Source of the DNA: Octopus sinensis
Lineage: Eukaryota
Direction of reading: 5' to 3'
NCBI RefSeq assembly: GCF_006345805.1
Contig: NC_043008.1
Location: 22,568,001 to 22,632,000, forward strand
Length of the DNA: 64,000 nt
Made by a program: the position numbers and the translations under genes. Of the stretch, positions 1 to 11,764 are shown piece after piece. The first letter of the stretch is position 1, and the number at the start of each line of letters is the position of its first letter. The notes beneath the pieces were generated by a model. That model worked only from the letters and a program-made list of their open reading frames with translations, did not search any database and was not told where the DNA came from.

Positions 1-265
1 GGTTTGCTCTTCCTTCCGTAGAAATTCAAATCAGGCCATGTTAACACCAAAAATTATTTACATCAAAAAGGTGCTTTTTTTCTATGAAAATCCCTATTTT
101 TTATGATTTTTTTACTGGTGTGTCGCCATTTTTCAGTGTATTTCAACCAGAAAAATGTTCACTTAAAGAGAATAACAAGCTACATAATGCAACATTTTTA
201 CTTATCAAAAATTCCAATTCTAGAGGGTCGAAACAAACCTGAGCAACGCTGGGCGATACTGCTAG
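1..265 (+). mobile_element. 3' part of a non-autonomous Helitron-like element (cut by the window start)
   Basis: Ends in hairpin CCTGAGCAACGCTGGG followed by CTAG|T (262-265). Body is highly similar to 56760-56970 inside the complete copy at 56627-57077. Confidence 0.75.
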
Positions 266-913
266 TATATATATATATAATTTTATCTCCTTTTACTTGT
301 TTCAGTCATTACACTGTGAACATGCTGGGGCATTTCTTGGAAGAATTTAAGTCGAACAAATTGACTTCAGTGCTTTTTTTTAAGAAACCTGGTACTTATA
401 CCATTGGTCACGTTTTGCTGAACTACCAAGTTACAAGGACATAAACACACCAGCAGCAGTGCTGGGAAGGATAAACACATTGAATTTCTATTGGAACAAT
501 CGCATCAATACCTAACAAGTATACAACATTTCTTCATCAATGAGTGATGTGCCAACTCTCCAACTGAAAGAGTATGCTAGTGACAACATCAACAACAACA
601 ACCAAACGAATGAGTAGAAGCTCAACATAGTTGCTCAAACTGTTAGAAATATCAGCCAAACCTCTTTCAAATTACACCCTGCTGTTTGAAAGAAAAGAAG
701 GATATGGACAGATAAGACAATATGATCCCTGATGTACAAAAAGGCTTGATAGTCAAGGCTGGCAAGCCTTTGATTCTAGCTCTGTTTAGTCTGCTCATTC
801 AGAGCTGACCTAGAGTTAGACATCAATGACAATGAGAAAGTTGTTAATTCTCCCATGAAGCAAGAATCCTGACAGCAAAAACCGAAATTCTTATTATAAC
901 TATTTGTCCTTAC

Positions 914-1054
914 CTGCTTGATTTTTTCAAATGTAGCACAGTAAAAGTCTACTTTCATCGTAATGAGGATCCCATTTGGCATGAGAAAGTCAAAAATAAT
1001 ATGTCCCTTGTTATCGACTGCCGAAGACACATCGGGCACATACACCACAACCAT
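914..1054 (-). CDS. First coding exon of a class IA PI3K catalytic subunit (p110beta/delta-like), N-terminal adaptor-binding domain; gene continues left of the window
   Basis: ATG in strong Kozak context GCCATGG. Encodes 47 codons, MVVVYVPDVSSAVDNKGHIIFDFLMPNGILITMKVDFYCATFEKIKQ, resembling p110 DFLLPTG...AT..IKQ. Acceptor tttttttgcag precedes 1079; phase-0 donor CAG|GTAAG at 913. From memory, vertebrate PIK3CB and PIK3CD also have an intron after IKQ. Paralog not assignable. Confidence 0.85.
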
Positions 1055-1416
1055 GGCGTCATGCAGTCCGCACACTTTGCTGCAAAAAAAATAAATAAAT
1101 AACACTAATTAGATATTTAAGAGTACTTCAGATGAACACAACAATAAAAATGATAACAACAGCCAGTGCAACACATACGTATGTATATATGAGAATCTGG
1201 CCAAAATGTTTTGGTCAGCCTAGGGCTAAAGAAGAAGACACTTATTCAAGTAGGGATTGAACCCAGGACCATGTGCTTAGGAAGTGAACTCCTTAACCAC
1301 ACATCCACAATACTCAAGTTGCTGAATGATGGGGGAAAATAAAATGAAAATAGAAGCTACAGTCATTGTGTGTGTTCTTAAACTACATAGAATAGTTTTA
1401 CCAAAATATAATCAAA

Positions 1417-1782
1417 CTAGCAGTATGACCCGGCAATGCCAGGTCATAATGCTAGTGCATGCATATACAGCTGTGTGCGTGCACACATACACACGAGTAC
1501 TGTCCAAATCTCCGACCAGTCACATACAGCTAGCTGGCATTCAATTGGCGTATCAAGTTTCGGGCATTTTGATTGGGTTTGGGATAAAAAAAATTCACAA
1601 AAAAGTCATTTCTATTGATTTTTTAATGGCTTTGCGGGGTGACTGGGGAAATGTAATGATGTGCACGACCACCCTTGGACGGTTTTGAATGACCATAGAA
1701 AGTGTGAGCCCTCTAAGTGAAAAATTGTGGATTTGTATAAAGGACACGCATGCAGACATTTTGCCATTTATATATAGAGAGA
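1417..1782 (-). mobile_element. Complete non-autonomous Helitron-like element (366 bp)
   Basis: A|TCTCTCTATATATAAATGG 5' end; 3' hairpin GACCTGGCATTGCCGGGTC then CTAG|T; no TSD. Confidence 0.8.
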
Positions 1783-1859
1783 TTACTAAAATGATTCTTC
1801 CACAATATAATTAAATTAGTAAAATGATTTTTCTACAGTATAATTGAATTAGTATAATG

Positions 1860-2390
1860 CTGGTACCAAGTAAAAAGCACTCTTGCTGGTGCCATGTAAG
1901 TAGGACTTGTACTGGGTCCATGTAAAAAGCACCTGTGCTGGTGCCACATAAAAAGCACCCAGTACACTCTGTAAAGTGGTTGGCATTAGGAAAGGCATCC
2001 AGCCATAGAACCTATTTCTTTACTACCCACAAGGGGCTACACACAGAGGAGACAATCAAGGACTACAGACGGATTAAGTCGATTATATCGACCCCAGTGC
2101 GTAACTGGTACTTATTTAATTGACCCCGAAAGGATGAAAGGCAAAGTCGACCTCGGCAGAATTTGAACTCAGAACGTAGCGGCAGACGAAATACCGCTAA
2201 GCACTTCGCCTGGCGTGCTAACGATTCTGCCATCTCGCCGCCTTATCCAGCCATAGAACCATGCTAAAACAGATATCTGGAGCTTGGTACGGCTCCAGTC
2301 AATGTGTCCAAGTCATGCCAGCATGGAAAACAGATGAGGATGACGATGATGAAGACAACAACAATGACGATGATGATGATGATGATGATG
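1860..2390 (+). mobile_element. RTE LINE 3'UTR relic interrupted by a SINE-B
   Basis: ggcacataaaaagcaccc...ttaggaaaggcatccagc motif and (GAT)n tail, matching the 3' end of the 30731-33365 LINE. Confidence 0.7.
2013..2244 (-). mobile_element. SINE family B monomer with 16-bp TSD
   Basis: tRNA-like head with B-box (GTTCAAATTCC) and central GCCTTTCATCCTTTCGGGGTC block. TSD ATCCAGCCATAGAACC at 1997-2012 and 2245-2260. Confidence 0.85.
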
Positions 2391-3495
2391 ATAATTAAAT
2401 TAGTAAAATGCTTTTTTCCACAATATATCTGTTTCGATTTGAAGAGAGGGTTTCATTTCAAGCCTCAAGCCAAACACAACAATAACAACTCTTAAATTTT
2501 ATTAAGTCCAGAGTTAAAATTCCAGAAAGTACTAAATACACCTGGGTAGAATACAAACACAGAAAAAAAAATAAAGCCGTTATGCTCTAATTCATCACCA
2601 TTTACCATACTTCAATACCACAAACGAGTTTCATAAAATAGGGTTATTTTCTATTTCCAAAAGATTGTTAAGAGATATGTCTACCCCAGATAACACAAAA
2701 CTAAGGTCAAAATAAAAATCAAACTAAAAAAAAAACAATAAATAAGAGTTTTATGTTAATAAAATAACAAAAAAAGTAGGTTTGTTTTATTTTACATGTT
2801 TTATTTTGTTTTTCTTTTGTTTGAATTTATTTCCCACTCTGTACCTTTACATTCATTTTTTTTTCTTGTTTGTTGGTTGTTTCTCTGTGTCATGTCATAC
2901 AACATATTGTTAGGATGATTGAATTTTAAAACTGTATACACCCTTCTTGTTTATTAATAAGCAGCCTGCCATGACGACAAGGTAGAGCTTTGATATCAGC
3001 CAGAGAAAAATCTAGGACAAGGATACAATGTATATGACATTGATAAATAGGTCGAATAATTGACATGGAGCCGGTGGGGGGGGGGGGTTTATCTATTGGC
3101 TGTGCCTCTGTCAAAAAGAAAAGAGAATGGAATGCAAAAAGGTGTGAGATGATGAAAGCTACCATACACACACACACACCACACACACACACACATGAAC
3201 ACATTATTGTCTACACAAACTAAACACACACATGTGTGTATGTGTGTATAAGAACTTGAAATAGAGATTGTTTGCATCTGACTTAATGGACAACTCTACA
3301 TTATACAATGCAGAGTTTATAAAAGAAAATCGTCCAATGGGGGAATACCGAGGGATATCAAGTTAGGACCCTGAAGAGACTGCACCGTTTTATAGTGGGG
3401 TTGCAATTGCAATGGTTACTAATTTGTGCTGTTGAAACATGCATTGGTCTTAAAAGGTGGTATATAATTGTAGAATTAAAAGTAATGTTATTGCT

Positions 3496-3892
3496 AGGAG
3501 TGGCTGTGTGGTAAGTAGCTTGCTTACCAACCACATGGTTCCGGGTTCAGTCCCACTGCATGGCACCTTGGGCAAGTGTCTTCTACTATACCTTTGGGCC
3601 GACCAAAGCCTTGTGAGTGGATTTGGTGGATGGAAACTGAAAGAAGTCTGTTGTACATATGTATAAATATAGATATATATATATGTGTGTGTGTTTGTGC
3701 GTCTGTGTTTGTCGTCCCAACATCGCTTGACAACCGATGGTGGTGTGTTTACGTCCCCGTGACTTAGCGGTTCTGCAAAAGAAACCAATAGAATAAGTAC
3801 AAGGCTTACAAAGAATAAGTCCTGGGGTTGATTTGCATGACTAAAGGCAGAGCTCCAGCATGGCCGCAGTCAAATGACTGAAACAAGTAAAA
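3496..3892 (+). mobile_element. SINE family A, full length (tRNA head, internal (TA)n(TG)n, AGTAAAAG tail)
   Basis: GGAGTGGCTGTGTGGTAAG...GGTTCAGTCCC head; more than 20 homologous copies across the window. Confidence 0.9.
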
Positions 3893-4011
3893 TATATATA
3901 TATATATATACATATATAAACGGCAGTGCATCAGCATGGCCACAGCTCTGAGCTGAAACAAGCAAAAAAAAAAAGAAATATATATATATACATACATACA
4001 TATATGTGTGT

Positions 4012-4335
4012 GTTGTTGTTGTTGTTGTTGTTGTTAGTAGTCCATCGGTATCCATTACTAACAAATTCTGTGTTCCCAGCAGTAAGGATGCATGTGACTC
4101 TGCAGTCCAGAGCTGGAAGTTCAAAGATGGCCATAGATGTCACAATGATAGTCTATTATCTGGATTGAGGTGGACGTTGCCCTGTGACAACTGTCTCTTT
4201 CAATTTCAAGACACTGTTGCCAGTCTTTCACAAAGGAAGTTCCCACTCATGAGGTGAGAGACCTTCATGCCGATCTGTTTGAAGCAGAGGCTTTAAGTTC
4301 ACATGGACTAATGTCATTTGTTTTTTTCAGAGTGT
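4012..4335 (-). mobile_element. Degenerate 3' end of a second RTE-type LINE
   Basis: Stop-interrupted frame ASNRSA*RSL...DYHCDIYGHL*TSSSGLQSHMH resembles an RTE C-terminus with a Cys/His finger; (AAC)n tail. Confidence 0.6.
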
Positions 4336-4420
4336 CCTTGTATATCAGTCTAGGTCTACCTGTTTGTGTGAGCACTGCATAAGCTCACCATACAACAGCT
4401 ATCTGGTGTGTGTATGTATG

Positions 4421-4465
<45 letters not shown>

Positions 4466-4697
4466 TTTTACTTGTTTCAATCATTTGACTGTGGCCATGC
4501 TGGATCACTGACTTTAGACAAACAAATCGTCCCCAGGACTTATTCTTTGTATGTCTAGAACTTATTCTATCGGTCCTTTTTCACCGAGCCATTAAGTTAC
4601 AGAGATGTAAACACACCAACATTGACTGTAAAGCGATGGCAGAGGGACAAACACAGATACACAAATACATACAGATATATATATATATATATATATA

Positions 4698-5930
4698 TCA
4701 TCATCATCATCATCATCATCATTTAACGTCCGCTTTCCATGCTAGCATGGGTGGACGGTTCAACTGGGGTCTGTGGGAGCCCGAAAGCTGCACCAGTCCA
4801 GTCAGATCTGGCGGTGTTTTACAGCTGGATGCCCTTCCTAACGCCAACCACTCCGAGAGTGTAGTGGGTGATTTTATGTGCCACCGACACAGGTGCCAGA
4901 CGAGGCTGGCAAACGGCCACGCTCGGATGGTTTTTTTATGTGCCACCGACACAGGTGCCAGACGAGGCTGGCAGACGGCCACGCTCGGTGGTGTTTTTTT
5001 TTTTTTTTATGTGCCACCGACACAGGTGCCAGACGAGGCTGGCAGACGGCCACGCTCGGATGGTGTTTTTATGTGCCACCGACACAGGTGCCAGACGAGG
5101 CTGGCAGACGGCCACGCTCGGATGGTGTTTTTATGTGCCACCGACACAGGTGCCAGATGAGGCTGGCAAACGGCCACGATCGGATGGTGCTTGTTACGTG
5201 CCCACAGCACGGAGGCCAGTCGATGCGGTACTGGCTACGGCCACGTTCGGATGGTTTTCTTATGTGCCACGTCCCACCGGCACTGGTACCACAAAGATAC
5301 AAATCCATTGATGTTCATCTATTTTGATTTGTTTTGATTTTCACTTGCCTCAACAGGTCTTCACAAGTGTCACAAGAAGGAAGGTATGCACAGGTGGACT
5401 GACTACGTCCCAGGTAGGGGCCATGGGTTATGGCCTGACTAGTCTTGCCGGTCCTCTCATGCACAGCACACTTCCATAGGACTCGGTCTTCAGTCATTCC
5501 TTGGTGAGACCTAAAGTTCGAAGGTCGTGCTTCACCACCTCGTCCAGGTTTTCCTGGGTCTACCTCTTCCACAGGTTCCCTCAACTGCTAGGGTGTAGCA
5601 CTTTTGCACACAACTATCTTCAGCCATTCTCGTCACATGACCATACCAGCGCAGCCGTCTCTCTTGCACACCACAACTGACACTTCTTAGGTTCAACTTT
5701 TCTCTCAAAGTACTTACACTCTGACGATTATGAACACTGACATTACACATCCATCGGGCATACTGGCTTCATTTCTTGCAAACTTACGCATATCCTCAGC
5801 TGTCACGGCCATGTTTCACTACCATGTAGCATGGCTGTACGTACACACGCATCATATAGTCTGCCTTTTACTCTTAGCGAGAGGCCTTTTGTCACCAGCA
5901 GGGGTAAGAGCTCTCTAAACTTTGCCCAGG
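4698..5930 (-). mobile_element. 5'-truncated RTE LINE (ORF C-terminus plus 3'UTR)
   Basis: ORF 5532-5750 ...RLRWYGHVTRM...GRGRPRKTW; (GAT)n tail; homologous to 32270-33365. Confidence 0.9.
4876..5200. repeat. Five tandem ~62-70 bp units inside the RTE 3'UTR
   Basis: GTGCCACCGACACAGGTGCCAGACGAGGCTGGCA repeated five times with a variable T-run. Confidence 0.9.
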
Positions 5931-6299
5931 CTATATATATATATACGACGAGCTTCTTTCAGTTTCCGTCTACCAAATCCACTCACAAAGCTTTGGTCGG
6001 CCCAAGGCTATAGTAGAAGACACTTACCCAAGGTGTCACACAGTGGGACTGAACCCGAAACCCATATTGGGAAGCAACCTTCTTGCCACACAGCTACTGC
6101 TGCACCTATAATACACACACACACACACACATACACACACACACACATTTATCTATACACTATTCTGTGCACTATCATGAATGTTTTATTCCAATAAGCC
6201 AAAAAAAAGAAAAAACAGATCAAAGGTCTTTCCTGAGTCATAGGCTCAAATTATTGGTTTCCCAGAATCTGTGGCATATATATGTATATCCCACCCCGG

Positions 6300-6470
6300 A
6301 TGGATGGGACACTAGTCTGTTGTAGGATGACTCATTCGTGAGTGGAGTGGAGCAACATGAAATAAATTGTTTTGTTCGAGGACACAACATGTCTCCCTCT
6401 CCAGGAATTGAAACCACAATAATATGATGATGTGTGCAAGCACCCTAGCCACTAAGTTATGCACTTCCAC
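6300..6470 (-). mobile_element. SINE family C fragment
   Basis: Reverse complement of the head and central part of the 39045-39378 element (gtgtcctcgaacaaaacaatttatttcatgttgctccactccactc). Confidence 0.55.
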
Positions 6471-6654
6471 ATTCCTCTGTGTTTGTGTGTATTTGTGTGT
6501 GTGTGTGTGTGTGTGTGTATGAGTGTTTGTTTTCATTTATGTGTGTGTATGTATTTGTGTATGTGTGTGTGTGTTTGTCTTTGTGTGCTGTTTTTGTGTA
6601 TGTTTATGTAATTGTGTTTGTGTTTTTGCGTTCAAGTGTGTGTTTGTATATGCT

Positions 6655-6723
6655 TGTATGTGTGCATGTGTGTGTGTCTGTGTGCATGAGTGTGTGTGCA
6701 TGTGTGAGAGTGCACACATGATA

Positions 6724-6754
<31 letters not shown>

Positions 6755-6820
6755 CTGTGCGCATGTGTGTGTGTCTGTGTGCATGAGTGTGTGTGCATGT
6801 GTGAGAGTGCACACATGATA

Positions 6821-6860
<40 letters not shown>

Positions 6861-7042
6861 TGTGCACATGTGTGTGTGTCTGTGTGCATGAGTGTGTGTG
6901 CATGTGTGAGAGTGCACACATGATACAAGTGTGTGTGTGTGTGTGTGTGTGTCTGTGTGTGTGTGTGTGTGTGTGTCTGTGCGCATGTGTGTGTGTATGT
7001 GTGCATGAGTGTGTGTGCATGTGTGAGAGTGCACACATGATA

Positions 7043-7082
<40 letters not shown>

Positions 7083-7147
7083 TGTGCGCATGTGTGTGTG
7101 TCTGTGTGCATGAGTGTGTGTGCATGTATGAGAGTGCACACATGATA

Positions 7148-7193
<46 letters not shown>

Positions 7194-7258
7194 TGTGCGC
7201 ATGTGTGTGTGTCTGTGTGCATGAGTGTGTGTGCATGTGTGAGAGTGCACACATGATA

Positions 7259-7296
<38 letters not shown>

Positions 7297-7372
7297 TGTG
7301 CGCATGTGTGTGTGTATGTGTGCATGAGTGTGTATGCATGTGTGAGAGTGCACACATGATACAAGTGTGTAT
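6655..7372. repeat. Compound minisatellite, 7 units of ~97-116 bp with variable (TG)n
   Basis: GAGAGTGCACACATGATACAAG occurs 7 times. Explains the long His/Thr and Cys/Val ORFs. Confidence 0.9.
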
Positions 7373-7638
7373 GCATGTATGCATACAAATGTCAACATGC
7401 CACGGCTTCACTCCTCCTCGCTATCTGAGCCAAGAAAAAACAAAAAACGGTGATACAATGTTTACATTCTCTGATGATATTACCAATGGTCACTCAGTGC
7501 TTTCAAACACCAACAGAATTTTTAAGATTCCCTACTTAAATAACAGGAAAGGGATGGCAACAGGAAGAAAGAACATTGCTATAAAATCCTTCCCAACGCA
7601 AGCTTACATGGCCAAAAGTATGCCTAAACAAATGAATG

Positions 7639-7678
<40 letters not shown>

Positions 7679-8571
7679 GACATCGCAGTAGAGACCATGT
7701 ATACACAAAGCAGAAAAAATAAACATGATACAATAGCTGTGCTTTTATTCTTTCTCTCTCATTCTCTATCTATCTATCTATCTCTCTATTTATCTATCCA
7801 TCTACCTATCTATTTTTTTCAAGTGCCATATCATGTACGTCAATGCCAAAGTCTGAAAATGTATGGCTTTTCTTGGTTCCTGTTGTCTTCTACCATTAAT
7901 TTACAGTTTACTCTCGTAGTTTCCTGCTCTTCCAAGTCAAAGTCTGTTTAATTCTTATACAAAGGTTCTAGTTCACAAGGCATCAGGGCATCTCCACACA
8001 CTGCTGAGCCTGAGTAACACACATCTAGAGGGCCAACCCTCTTCTACAAAACCACCTTCTACTAGGTGACCCATATTTGGGGACTTTGATAGATACAAGC
8101 ACTTAGTGCCTTGTGAGGTTATCTAAGCTTCATCGCTATTATCTATCTCTTACAGTGCCTACTGTTCATTGTCTCTTTCTTTCCTCTCCGTCTTTTAGAT
8201 GTGGGTAACCATGCAAATTCTTTACAAGAACTTGCACTACCCCCTTTTTCTTATAGTTCAAACCCTTGTCCACTAGCCTAAAGCTGACCCCAACAACTCC
8301 AGAGTTTGTAGTTCTGAAAGCTGCATGACAACCTCAATAGTACAGGTGGCACACACAAAAAAAAAAAAAAAACGCAGCCAGTTCAGATTGTAAAGTGGTT
8401 GGTCTTAAGAAGGACATCCAACCACAAAAACCATGCCAGACCAGACATTGGAGCTCAATGTGGTCCTTGGACACAATGGACTCTGCCAGACTATCCATCT
8501 CATGCCAGCATGAAACACAGATATACATTATTTACATTTGATGGATATTTGTCCTCATCTTGTTTGTTGTT

Positions 8572-8617
8572 AACACAACGTTTCGGCTGATACACCCTCC
8601 AGCCCTCATCAGGTATC
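8572..8617 (-). ncRNA. Minimal type I hammerhead ribozyme motif (Penelope-type)
   Basis: GAUAC CUGAUGA G GGCUG-loop-CAGCC GAAAC GUU GUGUU: intact core, 5-bp stem II, palindromic ACGU stem III, stem I with G-U wobbles. Confidence 0.75.
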
Positions 8618-8635
8618 TCGGGGAAATATCGCCAT

Positions 8636-8758
8636 GGGCATATGGCGTAGTGGTTAAGAGCGCGGGCTACTAACCCCAACATTCCAAGTTCGATTCCAGG
8701 CAGTGACCTGAATAACAATAATAATAATAACAACATCAAAAAATACCTTAGGAATGAC
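8636..8758 (+). mobile_element. tRNA-derived SINE head (family D)
   Basis: A-box TGGCGTAGTGG and B-box GTTCGATTCC; no acceptor stem, so not a tRNA; followed by (AAT)n. Confidence 0.7.
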
Positions 8759-8969
8759 TGGCAGACCCCATGGAACATTAGATAAGTATCCTTGCGGAAT
8801 TTGGTTCATGTCCACTATGTTTGGGGTTCAAATCCCACCCAGAACTACTGTACCTTTCATCCTCTGAGATCAATAAAATACATACCAGTCCAATTACTAC
8901 ACCTGATACAATTAACTAACAAACTTACAAAATATATGCAAGTTGCACTTCATTTAGAAATAATAAAAA

Positions 8970-9004
<35 letters not shown>

Positions 9005-9769
9005 TATTATTATTATTATCATCATACTATGTTATATTTGACTCTCGTAGTGTGATGGTATTGTTTTCATTCTCTCCTCAAAACATGATTTATTCAAGCG
9101 TTTATAATCACCAATGGAAGGCCTGCCCTCAATACTTCAGAAATGAGAGAGTAGATAACAAAAAAATAGGTTAGTTTTACAAATTTGAAAATTTTATTTC
9201 TACACAATACATTTTTATATCCAAAATGGCAGCCACATAATCAAATGCAACAATGGTGGTAAAACAACGACAAGACAAAATCAAATCACACAACAAAGGA
9301 AAGAGAAAACGAATAGTTGAACAAGTAAAAGTAGATGGTTAACAGAAAAAAATAACCTAAAAACTAATTTTGAAAATAGTGATACTAGTAACAACAATAC
9401 CAGCAAAAGCAACATTACACAAAATCAAATATTATGGCCCATCCATATAAGTTGTTGTGTTAAGGCAAACTTTCCCTTAAAATAAAATTAATGAAATTTT
9501 TATACATATTACAATTACAAGAAAGGTGGGGAACTGTCAGAATAGTTAGGACACCAGTCAAAATGCTAAATGGCATTTTGTCTGTCTTCATGTTCTGAGT
9601 TCAAATTCAGTCGAGGGTTGACTTTTCCTTTTATCTTCTTGGGGTTGATAAATAGGTACCGGTTGAGCACTGAAGTTGATGTTAACGCCTTTACCCCCCA
9701 CCACCACCAAATTGCTGGCCTTGTGCCAAAATTTAAAATCATCATCATCATCATCATTATTATTATTAT

Positions 9770-10429
9770 TATTATTATTGCTTTACTTTTCAGAACATTC
9801 AGTCTTGTTTGTTCTGGTAGATTCTATGAGAGCGGACAGCAGCCTGCTGTCAAAGGTCACACAGGGTAAGCCTTAAAACCCTTTCGTTACAGTATTTATT
9901 TTGAGATGTTCTGTGTTTCTTTCAATTAATTTTAAATATAACAAAGAATTTAATAAAATAACTTAGTTACCATTAAGCTGGTGTTAGGAACATAAATTGT
10001 GACAAAGGTTTGGTGGAAGATTTTAATTCAAAACTTATGAAAACAAGACATTTGTACTACAGAGCCAGAGGCGGTTTCAGCCAGGTTGGTATCAAAAGGG
10101 TTAATACTTGGTTGTTAATTATCATGGAAGTCATTCAACACCCAAGTACCAATCTCAAAATTCTTGCTGCCCCCAGTAGAGCAGTTTTTTGGGTTTGCTC
10201 TGCTCTCATGTCAATTCCGATTTCTCTCACACATTTCTCGAATTTGGTTGTTGTGCTTCAAGTGCCCCAACAACTACTGGAATGACAGACACTCTCCTCA
10301 TAGTCCACATTCTTGCAATTTCATCTTTTGGTAGCCGGCACTTTGCAATGTTTTCTAGTTCTTTATCACATACATGCACACCCCCAGGTGTTGCAATATC
10401 TATAATTTTGATTTCCTTATTATTGATTC

Positions 10430-10430
<1 letters not shown>
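9770..10430 (-). mobile_element. Dong/R4-like non-LTR retrotransposon 3' relic (restriction-like endonuclease domain)
   Basis: IIDIATPGGVHVCDKELENIAK...EIARMWTMRRVSVIPVVVGAL...KTALLGAARILR; flanked on both sides by (TAA)n. Confidence 0.7.
9873..10104. mobile_element. piggyBac-like MITE inserted in the Dong/R4 relic
   Basis: TTAA-flanked, termini ccctttcgttac ... ggtatcaaaaggg. Confidence 0.5.
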
Positions 10431-10463
<33 letters not shown>

Positions 10464-10631
10464 GACATCACAAAGGTGGTGAGGTGGCAGAAACTTTAGC
10501 ATGTTGGGTGAAATTCCATCAGACTCTTTTTGCCGAACTGTTAAGTAACAGGAACATAAACACACCAACATCAGTTGTCAAGTGATGGTGGGGGACAAAC
10601 ACAGATAAATATAGGTCTATCTATCTATCTA

Positions 10632-10676
<45 letters not shown>

Positions 10677-10689
10677 TATATTATAATAG

Positions 10690-11127
10690 GCATAGGAGTG
10701 GCTGTGTGTTAAGTAGCTTGCTTACGAACCACACAGTTCTGGGTTCAGTCCCACTGCGTGGCACCTAGGGCAAGTGTCTTCTACTATAGCTTTGGGCTGA
10801 CCAAAGCCTTGTGAGTGGATCTGGTAGATGGAAACTGAAAGAAGCATGTCGTATATATGTACATATATATATATGTGTGTGTGTGTGTGTGGATATGTTT
10901 GTGTGTCTGTGTTTGTCCCCCCCAGCAGTGCTTGACAACCAATGGTGGTGTGTTTACGTCCCCGTAAGTTAGCGGTTTGGCAAAAGAGGCTAATAAAATA
11001 AGTACTAGGCTTACAAAGAATAAGTCCTGGGGTCGATTTGCACGAATAAAGGTGGTGCTCCAGCACGGCCATAGTCAAAATGACTGAAACAAGTAAAAGA
11101 GAAAAGATTATATATATATATATATAT

Positions 11128-11177
<50 letters not shown>

Positions 11178-11350
11178 CATATATTTATTTATTTATACAA
11201 TGAGCCTTTTGCAGTTTCTATCTATCAGATCCACTCACAAGGTTTTGGCCAGCTCAAGGCTCTACTAGAAGAAATCAACCCAAGGTGGCACACAGTGGAA
11301 CTGAACCTTGAACCTTTTAGTTACGAAGCAAGCTTCTTACCACACAACCA
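10690..11350. mobile_element. SINE-A full copy (+, 10690-11102) and inverted half copy (-, 11190-11350)
   Basis: Family A head and tail motifs. Confidence 0.85.
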
Positions 11351-11699
11351 TGCAAAAGTACAAAACCTGCAAAGGTTCAAATCCAGCAAAGGCCAAATTT
11401 GCCTTTAGCAATGCAGGTGAGGGTGAATGAATAAGGGACTAGTTGAGTACCGCCTTCAATGCGACTGACCATTCACTAAACCCAAATTTGAAGAATTTGA
11501 AACCATGTGACTGTGTATGAAATTCTTATTGTGGGTAACAGAATATTTCCAGGTTCTCAAATATAAAAACAGAATTAAACGGAATTAAATTTTTTATGAG
11601 GAATACTTTAGGAATGTGCAAAAATATGTACCAACCTTAAGAGCAAGTGATTTGTGATCTAATGTCATTGACATTTCACAGTTTAACAAAACAGTTCTC

Positions 11700-11730
11700 A
11701 TATATATACATACATACATACATACATACA

Positions 11731-11764
<34 letters not shown>

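Larger units (their letters stand above)
4465..6100 (-). mobile_element. SINE-A split by an RTE insertion in its internal (TA)n (halves 4465-4697 and 5931-6100)
   Basis: The two halves complete one family-A copy on either side of the LINE fragment. Confidence 0.8.

Noticed and set aside
6479-7411. Long His/Thr- and Cys/Val-rich ORFs (up to 283 aa)
   Set aside because: Translation of a (TG)n minisatellite that is open in most frames; no splice or codon evidence.
7383-7424. Possible minus-strand 5'UTR micro-exon (pyrimidine tract-CAG ... GTATGC)
   Set aside because: Splice-like signals are common in AT-rich DNA; unsupported without RNA-seq.
8636-8710. tRNA gene
   Set aside because: Has A/B boxes but no acceptor stem and a broken anticodon stem; treated as a SINE head.
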